64,000 bases of DNA from Monocercomonoides exilis PA203 (Eukaryota > Protista > Preaxostyla): contig LSRY02000043.1 in the NCBI GenBank assembly GCA_001643675.2, forward strand, positions 558,001 through 622,000, read 5' to 3'. A program made the translations under genes and the position numbers. The notes below the pieces were generated by a model that was not told where the DNA came from, searched no databases, and was given only the letters and a program-made list of their open reading frames with translations. Within the stretch, counting starts at the first letter, position 1. The number at the start of each line of letters is the position of its first letter. Shown here piece after piece: positions 36,729 through 50,000 of the stretch.

Positions 36729-37400
36729 TCAAACATTTACAAAATAATCAACTATATCCAATGAAACTCGGAAATAAAACATACTGTCAAATTTAGGAAT
36801 AATTCTATAAAGGCTTGTGATGATATCTTCATAGCCTTCTTCTTCTAGCTCTTCAAATAACTTCATCTTTGCTGGCCTTCTTTTCGCTTCTTCAATTTCG
36901 CTTTCTGCCTTTCTTTTCAATCTGATTGTAATTTTCAAGCAGAATTTCAAGTGTCTCAATAACAAATTGCTGATCAATGTTGGCTGCTGCATCTCCTCCA
37001 TAATTAGATTAAACACACCTCCATTCAAAAAGACAACAGTACGAACATTCTCCATATTTATAATTGTGTGTAAAAGAGAAAGGCCCTCTTCATATATTTC
37101 ATTTTCACTCTCTCTCTCGCTGCTCTGCAAATCCCAACAACACACCGAATCACTTCATCGTATTCTTCTTTCCATGTGGGGAAAAGCAAAAAGAACGCGT
37201 TCAATTTTTGGAGCCAATTCTTTATGATAGTCATGCCTTTCCATTCTCTTCCCTTCTTCCCTTTCTCTTCTTTCCTCTTCCAATCAACATATTTCGATAG
37301 CTCATCCAATTCTCTTGATGCTTCTCTCGCAAAATGCAGTTCATTCGCAATCATCTCTTCCAAGCTTTCATCATTGCAAAGTCTATTTATCAAAAACTTC
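36729..37400 (-). pseudogene. 5'-truncated, frameshifted member of an expanded helical-repeat gene family
   Basis: Overlapping ORFs 37058-37393 and 36729-37145 (SLEEMIANELHFAREASRELDELSKYVDWKRK ... FEELEEEGYEDIITS ... DYFVNV), joined by a frameshift in a GA repeat; recognised from memory as a Monocercomonoides multicopy family. Confidence 0.7.
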
Positions 37401-37932
37401 CAAGAAGATTGTTTGATAGTCCATATTTTGTGTGAATGGATTATTTTTGATTCTATTTTCTAACTTTTTTTTTTGAAAAAATCATTGATTTGAATTGAAT
37501 TAAACTAACAAGCAAAAGTGTTGTGACTGAAAAGTTTTCACATTGAAATGTTTTTTTTAAAAAAAAGAAAAAAAAATCTAAGAAAAACATCACTTCCACT
37601 TGAAAAATTCAATTATAAAAACTCTTATTCTTCAAAAGGGGAGATAAAATCAAAAATTAAAAGAGAAGCTTCAAAAAGTTGAAATATCACACTTAAAAAC
37701 ACTATTCAGAGGATGACAGATTTAGAGAAGTTTGACTTTTGCTTCAAGAAATTCATTCCACGGGTGTTCAAACAGACGAGAAAATTCAACTTAAACAAAA
37801 ATTCTTTAAAAATAAGCATTACAAAAAAGAAGCAGGAGATGAACACGTTATTGTTTGATGTGTAAAGATTGGTATTTGACGCAAAAAGAATATACAAATT
37901 CATGTTTAAAACAACAAGAAGAGTTTTGTAAA

Positions 37933-37981
<49 letters not shown>

Positions 37982-38177
37982 AGATATAAAATTAAATAAA
38001 ATAATTCAATCAAAAAGAAATTAAAAAAAAAAAAATCTTTTGTGGAATTTGAAGTACATCAAAACGCTTCAACCTATTTTTTCTATGGAAATAGCAATAC
38101 TAACTATTATCAATATACTCTCAATACTAACAATGTTGCATAATTTGCCTATCTAGATATCATCATTTTGATGTTCA

Positions 38178-41100
38178 TTAAGAATCTTTGAAAGACGTCG
38201 AATCTGGATATTCCTTCTTTGCTTTTGAGATAATCTTCTTAAAATCTGAAAACGGTCCTCTGGGAACTTTCAAAGTGAACAAAACAGAGCAGCAATTCTC
38301 ACACAGCGCTTGCGAAACTCCGATGGAGCGCTCCATCAAATCCTTCAGGGTGTTCACAATGTTCAATTTGATGTACTGCTTCTTCTGCTCATCGCTCATC
38401 GTTGTACAAGCAGCGACAAGACTCCCTGTCAAATTGAGTTTTATATCCAAGATATCAGGTGCTCCTCTGTACGTGTTCTTCCTGTGATCATCTCCTGGCT
38501 GCGCAATCGGCCAGGCGTCCGCTGGCGAGTCCATGTAGAACCTCAGCACATCATCCAGTACATTCATCCCGTCTGCCGCAAAGAACTGCGTGCTGAACTG
38601 GAACGTCGACACCAGCTGCGCAAGCGCGCCCAGCCCGTTCTTCACCACCACAGGGCACGTGCGGTAGTTCTGAGTAATAACCTCCATGATCGACGTCACT
38701 GCCCCCAGCCCTCCAAAGATTTTCTGGTTCTTCGGCACAAAGCAAAGCCCGTACATTATCCCCAGAAGAAGCTCAGTGAATGGCGTGTTGGTGGAGCAGT
38801 ACTTGCTCAGCAGATAGCTCAAAATGGGAACCACATCGCTGTTCTCCAGCTCCGCGCGCGACTGCTTGTGCGACAGCGACATCGCACACAGAACACCCAC
38901 AGCATTGTGGATGGTGTCCAGCGAGAACCGCTTGTGGTCATTGACTGTCGCTGAGACTGCTTGAAGCACACCCGACTGGAACAGGAGATCCAAGTTGTCC
39001 TTTGTCTGCGTCGCGTAGAAGTGCAAGATGGAGCAGCCGTACTTCACCACGCCTTCGTCGACGTCGCGGTGGATGCTCACAATCTGCGTCAGCAGCGGAA
39101 TCACACTCGGCGCCTCTCTCCCGACAGCCACACGCCCATCCCTCGTCTCCAGCACATTGTTCATGATGTGCAGCGAGTTTCGCACAATCACAAAGAACCC
39201 GTCTTTGAACTCCTCCGCCAGGTGGAACAGGTCTGTGATGCCTCCTCTGACCACAATCATCTGGCACACATTCTGCTCCACTGATAAGTTCACCAGCGCT
39301 CCTGTGGTCAGCCTTGCCAAATCGTCGTTAGTCTCTTTGAACTTCTGCTTCAGCTGGTCAATCAGCGACTTCTCTGCCGATGCGCGCAGGATCTCCTCCA
39401 TCTCTGACGTCGATGTCGAAACCTGGTACAAGAAGCCAGTCAGATACTTCAGCACAAACTGGTCGTAGTACGCCTGCTGCCGCAGCACATGCGCCACACG
39501 CTTCATAATCCCCTGCTGAAGGATGAGCGTGCGGCAGGCAGGAGTCGCCGAGAGGAAGCAGATCATTTCTGAGTAGAAGAGCACTATGCTCGACCGCACT
39601 TTCTCGCTCATAAACATGGCTGTCAGATACGGAATCACCTTGTAGTTCAAAAACGACTCGTGTGTTTCCTTCAGCCGAGACAGAAGCGACAGCAACGACA
39701 CCAGGTCCAGCAGCCTCCCACGGTGGTTCTTCCGCAACTGCTGCATAATCAGCTTGATCAGCTCGTCATCGGCCATCACTTTCACCTTCGTGACTGCTGA
39801 GCGGTTGTAGAACAGAGCAATCACTCGGAAATATGCATTCCAGATCGTCTTTCTGTCTCCCATCACCAGCGCCTCCTTCAGCTTGTTGACAACAGTCTTG
39901 ATGATGTTGTCAATCGCCTTCAGACCTTTCGTCTTTGACGTCTGCGACAGGAAATACAGCGTGTCCTTGTGCTTCGCATCCAAATACTTCGCATGCTCTT
40001 CTCTTCTTCCTTTCTTCGTCGTCAGCTCAACTTCAATCAGATTCGCTGGCACCAGATACGGCTTCTCCTTCAACAGATCCTTTCTTGCTTCAGCTAAGTC
40101 CTTCTCTTCTTTGAACAGCTCAGCGATATACAGCGCACTTATCCTCTTCAATGCCTCTTCAGATGGAACAATGTGTTTCGTCTTCTTCTTCAGCTGCTTC
40201 ACTCCCTGTGCCCCAGCATTGATGAATGGCTGCAGATCGTCCAGAACAGAATCCAGCGCCTCTGTCTCTTCTTCGTCCTCTTCAGAAGTAGAAGAAGAAG
40301 AAGCAGAATAATATTCTTTTTTCTTGTCTTTGCTGCTTGAAGTGTATATCGTGCGTGTCATGATCAGCTGTGTCAGTGGCACAAGCTTCATGTCCTGATA
40401 CTTCGACTCTTTGTCTTTCTCTTTGTCTTTTTTGCTCTTCTCCTTCTTCTCAGCAGAAGAAGACGCAGATGATGGCGATACGGGTGGGCCTGATGCTGAA
40501 GAGCCTGTTCCATCATCATCGTCGTTGTCATCGTCTGACTCGTCAATTTCTTCATCTTCGAAGAATTCCTCCTCCGCCGACCGCTTCCTCTTCTCTTTCT
40601 CTCTCTCCTGCTTCCTCTTCTCTCTTCTCTTCCTCGCCAGTTCTCTCTCCTTTTCTTCTCTCTCTCTCTCCCTCTTCTTCATCTCCGCCCTCATCTTACT
40701 TCTATTCACCTCGTTCTCGTCTGGCGTGATATCACTGTCATCCAACCCGTCTTCCTCAATCTCCACATCCAATTCAACCTCCTCTCCTTCCTCTCCGTCT
40801 GCCTGCACATCCACATCCACCTCTTCTCCATCGTCTCCGTCTGCCAAAATGTCTACATCCACAACTTCCCCATCACCTGACACACCATTTCGCCCCATTC
40901 CGATTTTGCCCCTCTTCTTTTTCGATGGCTCCATTTTTTCTCCTCTTCTTCTTGCTCCTTTCTCCTTCATGTCCTTCTCTTCCCTTTTTCTCCTCTCCTC
41001 CTCCTCCACTTTCCTTATCCTCATCTCTTCTTCATCATCTTCCTCGCTCTCGTCGTCTTCTTCAACCACGCCAAGATTGAAGAAACCATCTGATGTTACC

Positions 41101-44100
41101 ACATTTCCCACAATACTAGACTCCATGTTCCCATAGTCCATTATATCATCCACCTCATCTTTTCCACCTCTCCTTCCTCCTTCTTCCCCATCCTCTTCTA
41201 ATGAGTCTAAATCAAGCTCTGCCTCCAAATCATCATCGTCATCATCATCGTCATCATCACTGGAACTTGAGTCTGATTCAATTGGCTTTCCGTCTTTGTC
41301 CTTCGCTCGCTCGCCTTCTCCTGCTGCACCCGAAGCGCTTAAGGAAAGCTGTTTCTCTTTCTTCTCTTTTTTTTCCTTCTTCTTCTTCTTCTCCTTCTCC
41401 TTCTTTCTCCGCTCTCTTTCCTCAAGCAGCTTCTTCTTCTTCTTCAGCGACGGAGCAAACTGTGTTGGCTTAGCATCGTCTTCAATTGCAAATTCTTCTT
41501 CTTCCTCTGAAATTTCCTCTGCTTTCCTCTCCAGTTCTGCAAGCATCGCCATTTCTTGTTCTCTTTCTCTTTTTTCCTCTTCTTCTTTCTCCTTCCTCAA
41601 ACGCTCAATTTCAGCTAGTCTTTGCAATTCTCTCGCTTTTGCTTCAGCTTCTTTCTGTTTTCGTGCTGCTTCTAAATCAGCTAATCTCTTTCTCTCTCTT
41701 TCTTCTGCTTCAATCTTCTTCTTCAGCTCTTCTTCTTCTCTTCTCTTCCTCTCTTCCTCTTCTTTCTTCTTCCTTTCTTCCTCTTCTCTAATCATTCTGT
41801 CTTCTTCTTCTAATAACCTCTGAAGCTCTTCTTCTTCCTCTTTCTTCTTTCGCTCCTCTTCTTCTTTTCTCTTCTTTTCTTCCTCTTCTTTTCTCTTTCT
41901 TTCTTCTTCCTCCTTCCTCTTTCTCTCTTCTTCTTCTTTCCTCTTTCGTTCCTCTTCTTCCTTTCTCTTTCTTTCTTCTTCTTCCTTCCTCTTCCTCTCT
42001 TCCTCCTCTTTTCTCTTCCTTTCTTCTTCTTCCTTTCTTATTCTCTCTTCCTCTTCTTTCTTCTTCCTCTCTTCTTCCTCTTTCCTCTTCCTCTCTTCTT
42101 CTTCTTTCCTCTTCCTTTCCTCTTCTTCTTTCCTCTTCTTCTCTTCCTCCTCCTTTCTTATTCTCTCTTCTTCTTCTTTCCTCTTCCTTTCCTCTTCTTC
42201 TTTCCTCTTCTTCTCTTCCTCCTCCTTTCTTATTCTCTCTTCTTCCTCTCTCTTCAGCCTTTCTTCCTCCTCTTTCTTCAACCTCTCCTCTTCTTCAATC
42301 AAGCGTAACCTTTCTTCTTCTTCCTCTCTCGCCCTTTCTTCTTCTTCCTGCTTGTTCAGCAAATCCAGTTCATCCATAAAGTCATCATCCAACACAATTT
42401 CCTCTTCTTCTCCATTATCCCCCTCGCCATTTTCTTCTCCTTTCGCTTTTTCTCCTTCATCTTTGTCGCTTTCCCTCCCAAAAAGAGCCTTGTCCATCTT
42501 TTGGTCTTTGATAAACTTCTCCACAAGCAACATGTGGATCGCTGCCTCACTCATCACCACTTTCTTCCCTTTGCCTCTCTTGCTCTTGTTTGCTTTCCTC
42601 TTCTTCTCTCTTTTTTCCTTTCGCATCTTCTTCTCTTCCTCTGAAAGCTTCTTCCTTCGCTTCCTCAGCTCCACTGGCACTCCCTCTGGATGCTCCCTTA
42701 AAGGAACAATCTTCCTCCTCTTTACAATTATTGTTTCATATATTTGCTTATGATACTTCTTCACAGTTGATCCGCTTTTTCCTTCTTCTCCTTCAACTTT
42801 TGCCTCGTATTCCACAGCGCCTGGCTCACCTTCCTTGCAATCCACCCATTTGGGTACTTTCTCCTCTTCTTCCACAATAATCGCCACCATCGGCTCGTCA
42901 AGCTCTTCCGACGCCTGCACGTTTTTCCCGCTTCTGTTCTTCCTCTCCTTTATCAGCTCCTCTTTGTCCAGAGGCAGCCATTCGTCTCCCTTCGCACTCA
43001 GCAACAGCGCCGTGTCAGCTGCCGACAGCTCATTCAGCGGTGGGAGATTGGGTGTGTGGGGGGGAGATTGGGAAAGAGTATCAGCATTTGGCTCAGAGCC
43101 TTCGGAAGGAGGCATCGGAGGCGGTGGGAGATCAGAAGGAAGTGCTGACTCGTCCAAAGGAGGAGGCTCCAGATCAACCCAGTCGTATTCCCAGTCGCTC
43201 TCTTCCTCGTCTTCGAACTCGCTTTCTTCGTCGAACTCGTCGCTGTCGCTCGAGCTGTCTTCTTTCCCTTCGCCTCCGCTGCCTTCTTCTCTCTTCTTCT
43301 TCTTCTTCTCGCTGTCTGCCTCGCTCTTCCGTTTGATGTTCTGGAATCTCTCATCTCGCCCGTCCAGATCGCCCTTCGACACATCAATCTCTTCTCCTTC
43401 CTCGGCCAGGTGCTCCTCCACACTCACCACGTTTCCCTTTGAATCCATCACAATCGTCTGCACAACACCATAATCGTACCCTTCGTCTTCATCATCTGCA
43501 GATATGGAGGACGAAGAAGATGAGGATGAAGATGATGTGCTAGCAGATTCGTCTTTTCCTGTCTCTTTTGTTCCTTCCGCTTCCAAATCTCCTCCTTCTC
43601 CTTCTAATGCTCCTGCTGTTTTGGTTACGCTTCTTCGAACTCTCTTCCTTCCTGTGCCATTTGCATCCAATTCCTCTTCCTCCTCTTCTTCACCTCCCTC
43701 GCCTTCAACAATCGTTCTCCCGCTTCCGCCTATTCTTCTGCGCCCGCTTGCCCCAGCTTTGCCTGTTGTTCTCTTTTTGATTCTGCCTCTTCCCGTGTCT
43801 TCCTCTTCCTCCTCCTCAATGACTTCTTCGTTGTCTTCTTTCAGACTCTTTCCATCTTTTTGATCTTTAACTTTAGATCGAAGAGATGGACGTACTTTTC
43901 TCACTATCCCTCCATATCGAATAAGTCTTGCCGCCAGCGTGTCACTAACAACTCCCTGAGGAGTTGGAAGTCGTTTTGATAAAACATTACTCCTTTGTTG
44001 CGCTTGATCAAGTTGCATAAATCTGTTTCGAACAGTTTCAAAGCTAAAATCAGAAAAATCTTGTTGCTTCATGAATTGACGTCTCCATTCATCTGTACTC

Positions 44101-44521
44101 ATCTCTTCTCCATTTTCGTCTCTTATAACAATTCGAACTTTCCTGAACACTCTTTCATTTCCATTTTCTTTTCCATCTTTTTGTCTCAAACGGAAAATTA
44201 TTCTTTTTTTCTCTGGGACGACCACAGGATGAAGACGATAATACTCTAAATAACAATAATTTTATAATAAAAAATATAAGTAGCTTTGCACAAAAAAATT
44301 CAAACCAATTGCGTGGCTATTCACAAGGTTAATAAACTTTGATGTTGTTGGAAGAGGAATTCCATGCTTTTCAGAAACGGTTCCAAAAGCATTCACCAGA
44401 TTTGAAGGAACTCCGTTCTTATATAATTCCTTCAATGTTTCAGTCACATCACCGAGCTTATCCTTAAAAGCAGGAGGAATCTGCTCTGGCTTGATTCCAC
44501 ACTTTGAAGGCCATTCAGCGT
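38178..44521 (-). CDS. Large protein: acidic/charged N-terminal region, EEERKRK coiled-coil repeats, C-terminal armadillo-like repeats (5' exon unresolved)
   Basis: 2015-aa open frame. A 60-nt GT-AG intron at 44246-44305 joins the upstream exon in frame (HAI-EYYRLHPVVVPE). The last ~550 aa show ~42-45-aa helical repeats (GALVNLS, GVLCAMS, GALAQLV, GGITDL). Confidence 0.88.
41750..42340 (-). repeat. Coding tandem repeat, 8-aa unit KEEEERKR (single-alpha-helix/coiled-coil type)
   Basis: About 20 or more degenerate 24-nt units in the translation. Confidence 0.9.
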
Positions 44522-45269
44522 CTGAGAAATAAATATTAAAATAAAAAATAGAATTTCGATTTAAATGTTCGTTTGACTGATTAAATTTCAAGTTAAGTTT
44601 GCAAACCGTTAAACATGAATTAAAATATTTACCTCCAAACTTGATCTAATGCATTTTTTGATTAATTTTTCATTACTGATCAAAGAATTAATAAAATCCT
44701 GAAAACACCATTGAAGTTTAACAATCAAAATTTCAATTCTATATTTAAAAAAAAAGAATCAAATCTTTATGTTGGAAAATGTTTTCTCATCATATGCAAA
44801 TTTGTTATTTGCACTTTTTTGTAAAAAAAAATCAAACTTATTTTTTCAAAATTTTCTGTAAAATGAAATATGAATATTCATAAATTAAAAAAACATTTTT
44901 GAAATAAATAGAAAACTTATTATTTTTTGAAAAATTATTCATTGTATCTATTGAGGATATCAAACGAACAAAACGTGAGTGAAAATCAGTATTAATGAAA
45001 ATGAAAATTTCAAATGAAATAATTAATTTAGATTAATTTGCATCAAATAGGGAAATAATATGTTAAAAAAAAAAAAAATAAACGAATTCCAAAAAGCATA
45101 AGCAGTTAATAAATCAAGAATAAATAAAGATTCGTTCATTGAAAATTGCACGAGCATTTCTTTCCCAGAATCTGAATTGAATTATTTTTTTTCGAAATAT
45201 TTATTTCAATTTATTATTCATGAAATATACATTTTAAATATTTATATTTCGAACAATAATATTTCTTAT

Positions 45270-45524
45270 GGGTGATTATTTTTGAAATCATATATTTTCT
45301 CAAAGTTTGTGAAATTTTCTCTTTCACGGTTATTTGCAAAAGAATTTTCATAAAAGCGTTTCATGTTTTTAAATTACTGTCTTTCAAATGCATGTTATCA
45401 TTAAAAGACAGAGAAGCACATTTAAGACTATTATGAAAATATTAGATAAATTTCTAAATGTTAGCAGTAAATTGTTAATTCGAAATTTTTGATAGGAAAA
45501 ATATGAAATCAAAAAGAATCACCC
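45270..45524. mobile_element. 255-bp GGGTGATT-family MITE
   Basis: GGGTGATTATTTTTGA...TCAAAAAGAATCACCC; flanks TTAT/ATAT (1 mismatch). Confidence 0.88.
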
Positions 45525-46027
45525 ATATTCGTGAAATGATAATTCGATTTCGGAATAGACATTTCAATTTCGAAAAAGAATATATCAAATTCGAAACAAT
45601 TAAATTTTGACCATTTATGTGAATAGTTTGCTTTGTGAAATTCATGCACACTTTTTAATTTGTGATCAGACTGCTTTTTTTTTCAGTTTTTGAAATTGAT
45701 GATTTTTCAAAAAAGAAACAAGCGATTTAGAATTTTTTGCATATTTTATTTTTTGATTATCAAAAATGAAAAATATCAACTATTTAATGAATTGAAGCAT
45801 TTTCTGCATTTTGTAGAAATATTTTGTGTTTTTTGAAACTGAAAACTTTTTATATGGGATATTATCTTTGATTCCATATTTTTGTAATCAAAAATTTTCG
45901 TTCGAAATTATGTCTTTAATAACAACAAAAGAACACTGAAAAGTGAAAATACTAATAAAAAATATCTCCATCTTTGCTACAGCTTAATATTTGCATTTGA
46001 AATATTTTTTGATAAAATCTATCATAT

Positions 46028-46265
46028 GTCAAAATCTTTTTGAAAAGTTCCATTTGTTTAATTTACAAAAAATAAAAAATTTCATATTTCAATCAAATTT
46101 ATGTTTTCACTCACCAAATTTTGCTGTCATTGAAACAAATCCTTGTCAAAGTTATTTTATTCGTTTGGGTGTGATTTTGTGAGTGAAAACAGAAATTAGA
46201 TAGAAATATGAAATTTTTTATTTTTTGAAAATTAAACAAATGGAACTTTTCAAAAAAATTTAGAC
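46028..46265. mobile_element. 238-bp fold-back MITE (GTC ends), TSD ATAT
   Basis: Inverted arms homologous to 23364-23603; ATAT on both flanks. Confidence 0.88.
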
Positions 46266-46340
46266 ATATAAAAATCCAAAATCTCTATTCAATGATAAAC
46301 AACTCTTGAAAAATCAACACTCCGAAAAAAGATACGATTT

Positions 46341-46580
46341 GTCTAAATTTTTTTGTAAAGTTCCTTTTGTTTAATTTTCAAATAAAATGAAAATTTCATA
46401 TTTCAATCAATTTTCTGTTCACAATTATGAAATTTCACGAAATTAGAAATAAAAACAATGTCTTGATTTTGCTTTTATATCAGCAAAATTTGGTGAGCGT
46501 GAACAGAAATTAGATCAAAATATGAAGTTTTCATTTTCTTTGAAAATTAAACAAAAGGAACTTTTCAAAAAAATTTTGAC
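46341..46580. mobile_element. 240-bp fold-back MITE (GTC ends), TSD ATTT
   Basis: Inverted arms homologous to 23364-23603; ATTT on both flanks. Confidence 0.9.
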
Positions 46581-47046
46581 ATTTCAAAAATATTCACCCA
46601 TTTATTTTATTCAGTAGTAATTATTTTTCAGTATTCAAATTTCAGTTAAACATTTTTTGTTGAGTGAAGAAAATTCTTTTCATTCAACAACAGAATCATT
46701 TCCATGAAATATTTATGACAATCTTCAAAAAATCAATATATTTTTAAAAACTCAATAATTATTCAAGAATGATAGTTTGTTGCTAGGTGAATTTCAACAT
46801 ATTATTCACTGATATCCATCAACATGAAATCGAAAAAATACAGTCAAGAATTATTTTCAAAATAGAAATATTCTTTTTCGAATTCAAATTATTAATTTAC
46901 GAAATTGAATTATTTTTGGTGTATATTTCATAAATAATAAATTGAAATGAATGTTTTGGAAAAAAAAAAAATCAATTCAGATTCTGGGAAAGAAATGCTC
47001 GTGCTGTTTTCAATGAACGAAACTTCACTTATCCTCTATTATTTCA

Positions 47047-50000
47047 TCAAATGGCATTGAGGGATCCAACAAATTCATCCAAATCTCCTGCTTCAACATC
47101 AAATGATAAAAATAATTTTAGCGCTGCTTCGACGCGGCTTGGAAAAAAAAGTTGAGAATTCAAAGAAGACGGAAATTGAACTGAAGAATTCACTGATGGA
47201 CATTCTTCATTGTCATTCATGTTGAGTTCAATCCCCTTTTCCTTTGTGAGCAAAAACTGAAAAATAATTCATCATTTTTATTAGAAAAGCGAATTTATGG
47301 AAAAGTTTAGTTATGAAAAAATATCAAACATCATTACACCCTCACAAATTTCTGAAATAAACAATTCAAACTTTTTGTGCTCGATCAATCACTTTTTTCG
47401 AAACTCCAGCCAGTTTTGCACAGAATAATGAAAAACTTTCAGTTGTTTTTCCTGGGATAAGTCGATAAGAAAATGAAATATCTGAAAATGGAATGGAATA
47501 AGGAAGTTGAGGAGAATGTTGCATTGATAAAAATTTTGACTGAGAATTGTTGTGACTCAGATGAAATTGCATGGTACAAAAGGACATCAACGATGATTGA
47601 GGAATCATTCTGCAAAAATGCAAGTGAAAACAACAATTTGAAGTAATTATTGAAGAAAATCTTATTTATATTGATGATCTGATAAAAAAAAAGCATACTC
47701 TTCATCAAATAAATCTGGAAAATGCGTATTAATCAAAATAAGAGGGCAATTCTCTTTTTGTTCAATAAAGAATTGAATGCAAGAAGATAGCAGTGAAACT
47801 CCATCTGAAATAGAAGAAATAAAGAGAGAAAGAGAGAAAGAGAGAAAGAGAGAAAGAGAGAAAGAGAGAAAGAGAGAAAGAGAGAAAGAGAGAAAGAGAG
47901 AAAGAGAGAAAGAGAGAAAGAGAGAAAGAGAGAAAGATTAAAAACAATGTACAAAAAGAAATTATTCAAATTCTAACTTTTGAAAAAAAAGGTCAGTTAG
48001 ATTTCATTCAACTCTTTCAAATTCTTCATAAGCATATTTTTCATTTTGCAAACCAATGTGATTTGTTCCCTTTCCATATTCATCGATAAGAAGAAGCGAA
48101 TGCCGAGAGGCATTCTGCATCATTGTAGACATTTGCATTGAATCAATCATAAAACTACTCAAAGGAGTGGAAACAGATTCAGTTGTCACAATCCTACAGA
48201 AAATGTGATCAACAAGTCCAATCTTATTATGCATTTATTGGAATAAAAAGCGAATATATTACATTAAACAATGATGTAATAAAAAGCTAACACTTTTCGC
48301 ATACTGTTGCAGCTTTTGCTGGAACAAAACTGCCAATGTGCGCTAAAAACACAATTTGAGCAACTTGCTTCAGATACACTGTTTTACCTGATGAATTTGG
48401 ACCTGTTATGAGTAGAATGGCTTCTGGTTTGTCTTTATTGATATTTCAAAAAAAGTGTTAGCGGAATTTACAAAAAATAAAAATGAAATTTTAATTTCAA
48501 AAGTTGAAAATCAAATTCAAATGTAATTATTAAAGAATAAATTAGAAAAGATTCAGATGAATACCTCCTTTCAAATGTGTATCGTTCGGAACAAAGAAAG
48601 GAACGCAAAGCTCCTGCAGAAGATTTCTTCCTTCGCTAATCGTCAATTCAGGCTCATCAACTATTTGCGGACGAGTTAAGTGATATTCATATGCAGAAAC
48701 GGCAAATGAAATATAACTAATAGATACAGTTGTTTTGATAACAGAGAATACATGAAACGTTTCAAAAAATTTTTACAAATAATAAAAGGTTACTCATCAA
48801 ATAAAGTCAAAAAGAAAACATGAATTAAAATAAAATCGTTTGAAAACATTAATTTAAATTGCAACAATGAGAGATGCTGCGTTTGGCAAACCAATCCACT
48901 TCTGCAATAATATCAACTGCTTTTATTAATATGTCTGTACAATCATCAATCTTCAATTTCAGATCCGTAAACACTTTTCTTTCTTCATCTGCAATTTGCT
49001 CTGTAATATCTCCCAAAGTCAAATCCATCTCCTTCATTCTTCTGCTCTTGTAATAGCGTGTTGCATCGATTTCAAACTGATACGTTAGTCCGCATTGCTT
49101 CTCTATCAGTGCAAGCTCATCTCTCCGAGACTGAGAAAGTTGAAATGTGGCTGATAACAGTATAATACATGTTCCAATGAAAGAAAGGTTTTTGAAATGT
49201 TAAAAATTATTTATAATTTTGTTTAAAGAGTTTCTGAAATTCTTCAACAACAAGCAAACTTCTTGTGTAATCTTCTTCTTGTGACAAATGTTCTGTTTGG
49301 ATATCCTCAAATCCAGAAAATTCTTTCAAATGGATGGCGATAAGATACCCAAGATTAGGGAAGAAAGCTACGGACAGACGATGAATAAGACCTTTTGGCA
49401 TAGACTCGATCTCTTCCTTAGCAACGTTGCTCTGATTTAAAAAATTGATTGAAAAAGAAATGTGAATGATTGAATCAATAATTTATCAAAGAAAAACAAA
49501 TAAAACAAATAAAACAAAATAAAAAAGAATATTTACACAGTATTTGTTTCTTTCATTTTGCACAATCCAGTTTTTTTCACAAAATATATCATACCATAAG
49601 ATCAGCCAAAGATGAATATGTCTCCTTCAATCTGTCAAGTGTGGAATTAATGCCTCTTCTCACTCTTGCTTCGTCTCCTTTTGGAACTGCAACTTCTTTC
49701 GACTGAAATTCATTGCCTTTTGGATAGTTATCATCTTCCATTATCTCATCATTTTCATTTGCTTTAACTTTCTCGTTTCCACTTTGTTCATCTTTCATAA
49801 TAATCCCTTTTTTTCTTTTTGAAGAAATGATATTTTGCTTCTTTAATTCCTTAATTTTTTGTGTATCAAGTTTATTTTTGACATTTGATTTATCCAATAT
49901 CTCTTTATTTTCACGGAAGTTACGCTCTTTGTCTTTGAAAGGAAAAGAACGATAAGCATCAAAGCTTTGCATTCCTTCGGAGATAAATGCTGTTTTTGTA

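Larger units (their letters stand above)
45856..46599. mobile_element. Older GGG-family MITE containing two nested fold-back MITEs
   Basis: GGGATATTATCTTTGA...TCAAAAATATTCACCC; 744 bp minus the two inserts and their TSDs leaves 258 bp, the family length. Confidence 0.7.

Noticed and set aside
38188-43863. Numerous + strand ORFs antisense to the large genes (also 52.7-62.7 kb)
   Set aside because: Shadow frames of low-complexity or GC-rich coding sequence.
47733-47969. ORFs with LSFSLSLF repeats
   Set aside because: Translations of an intronic octamer microsatellite.
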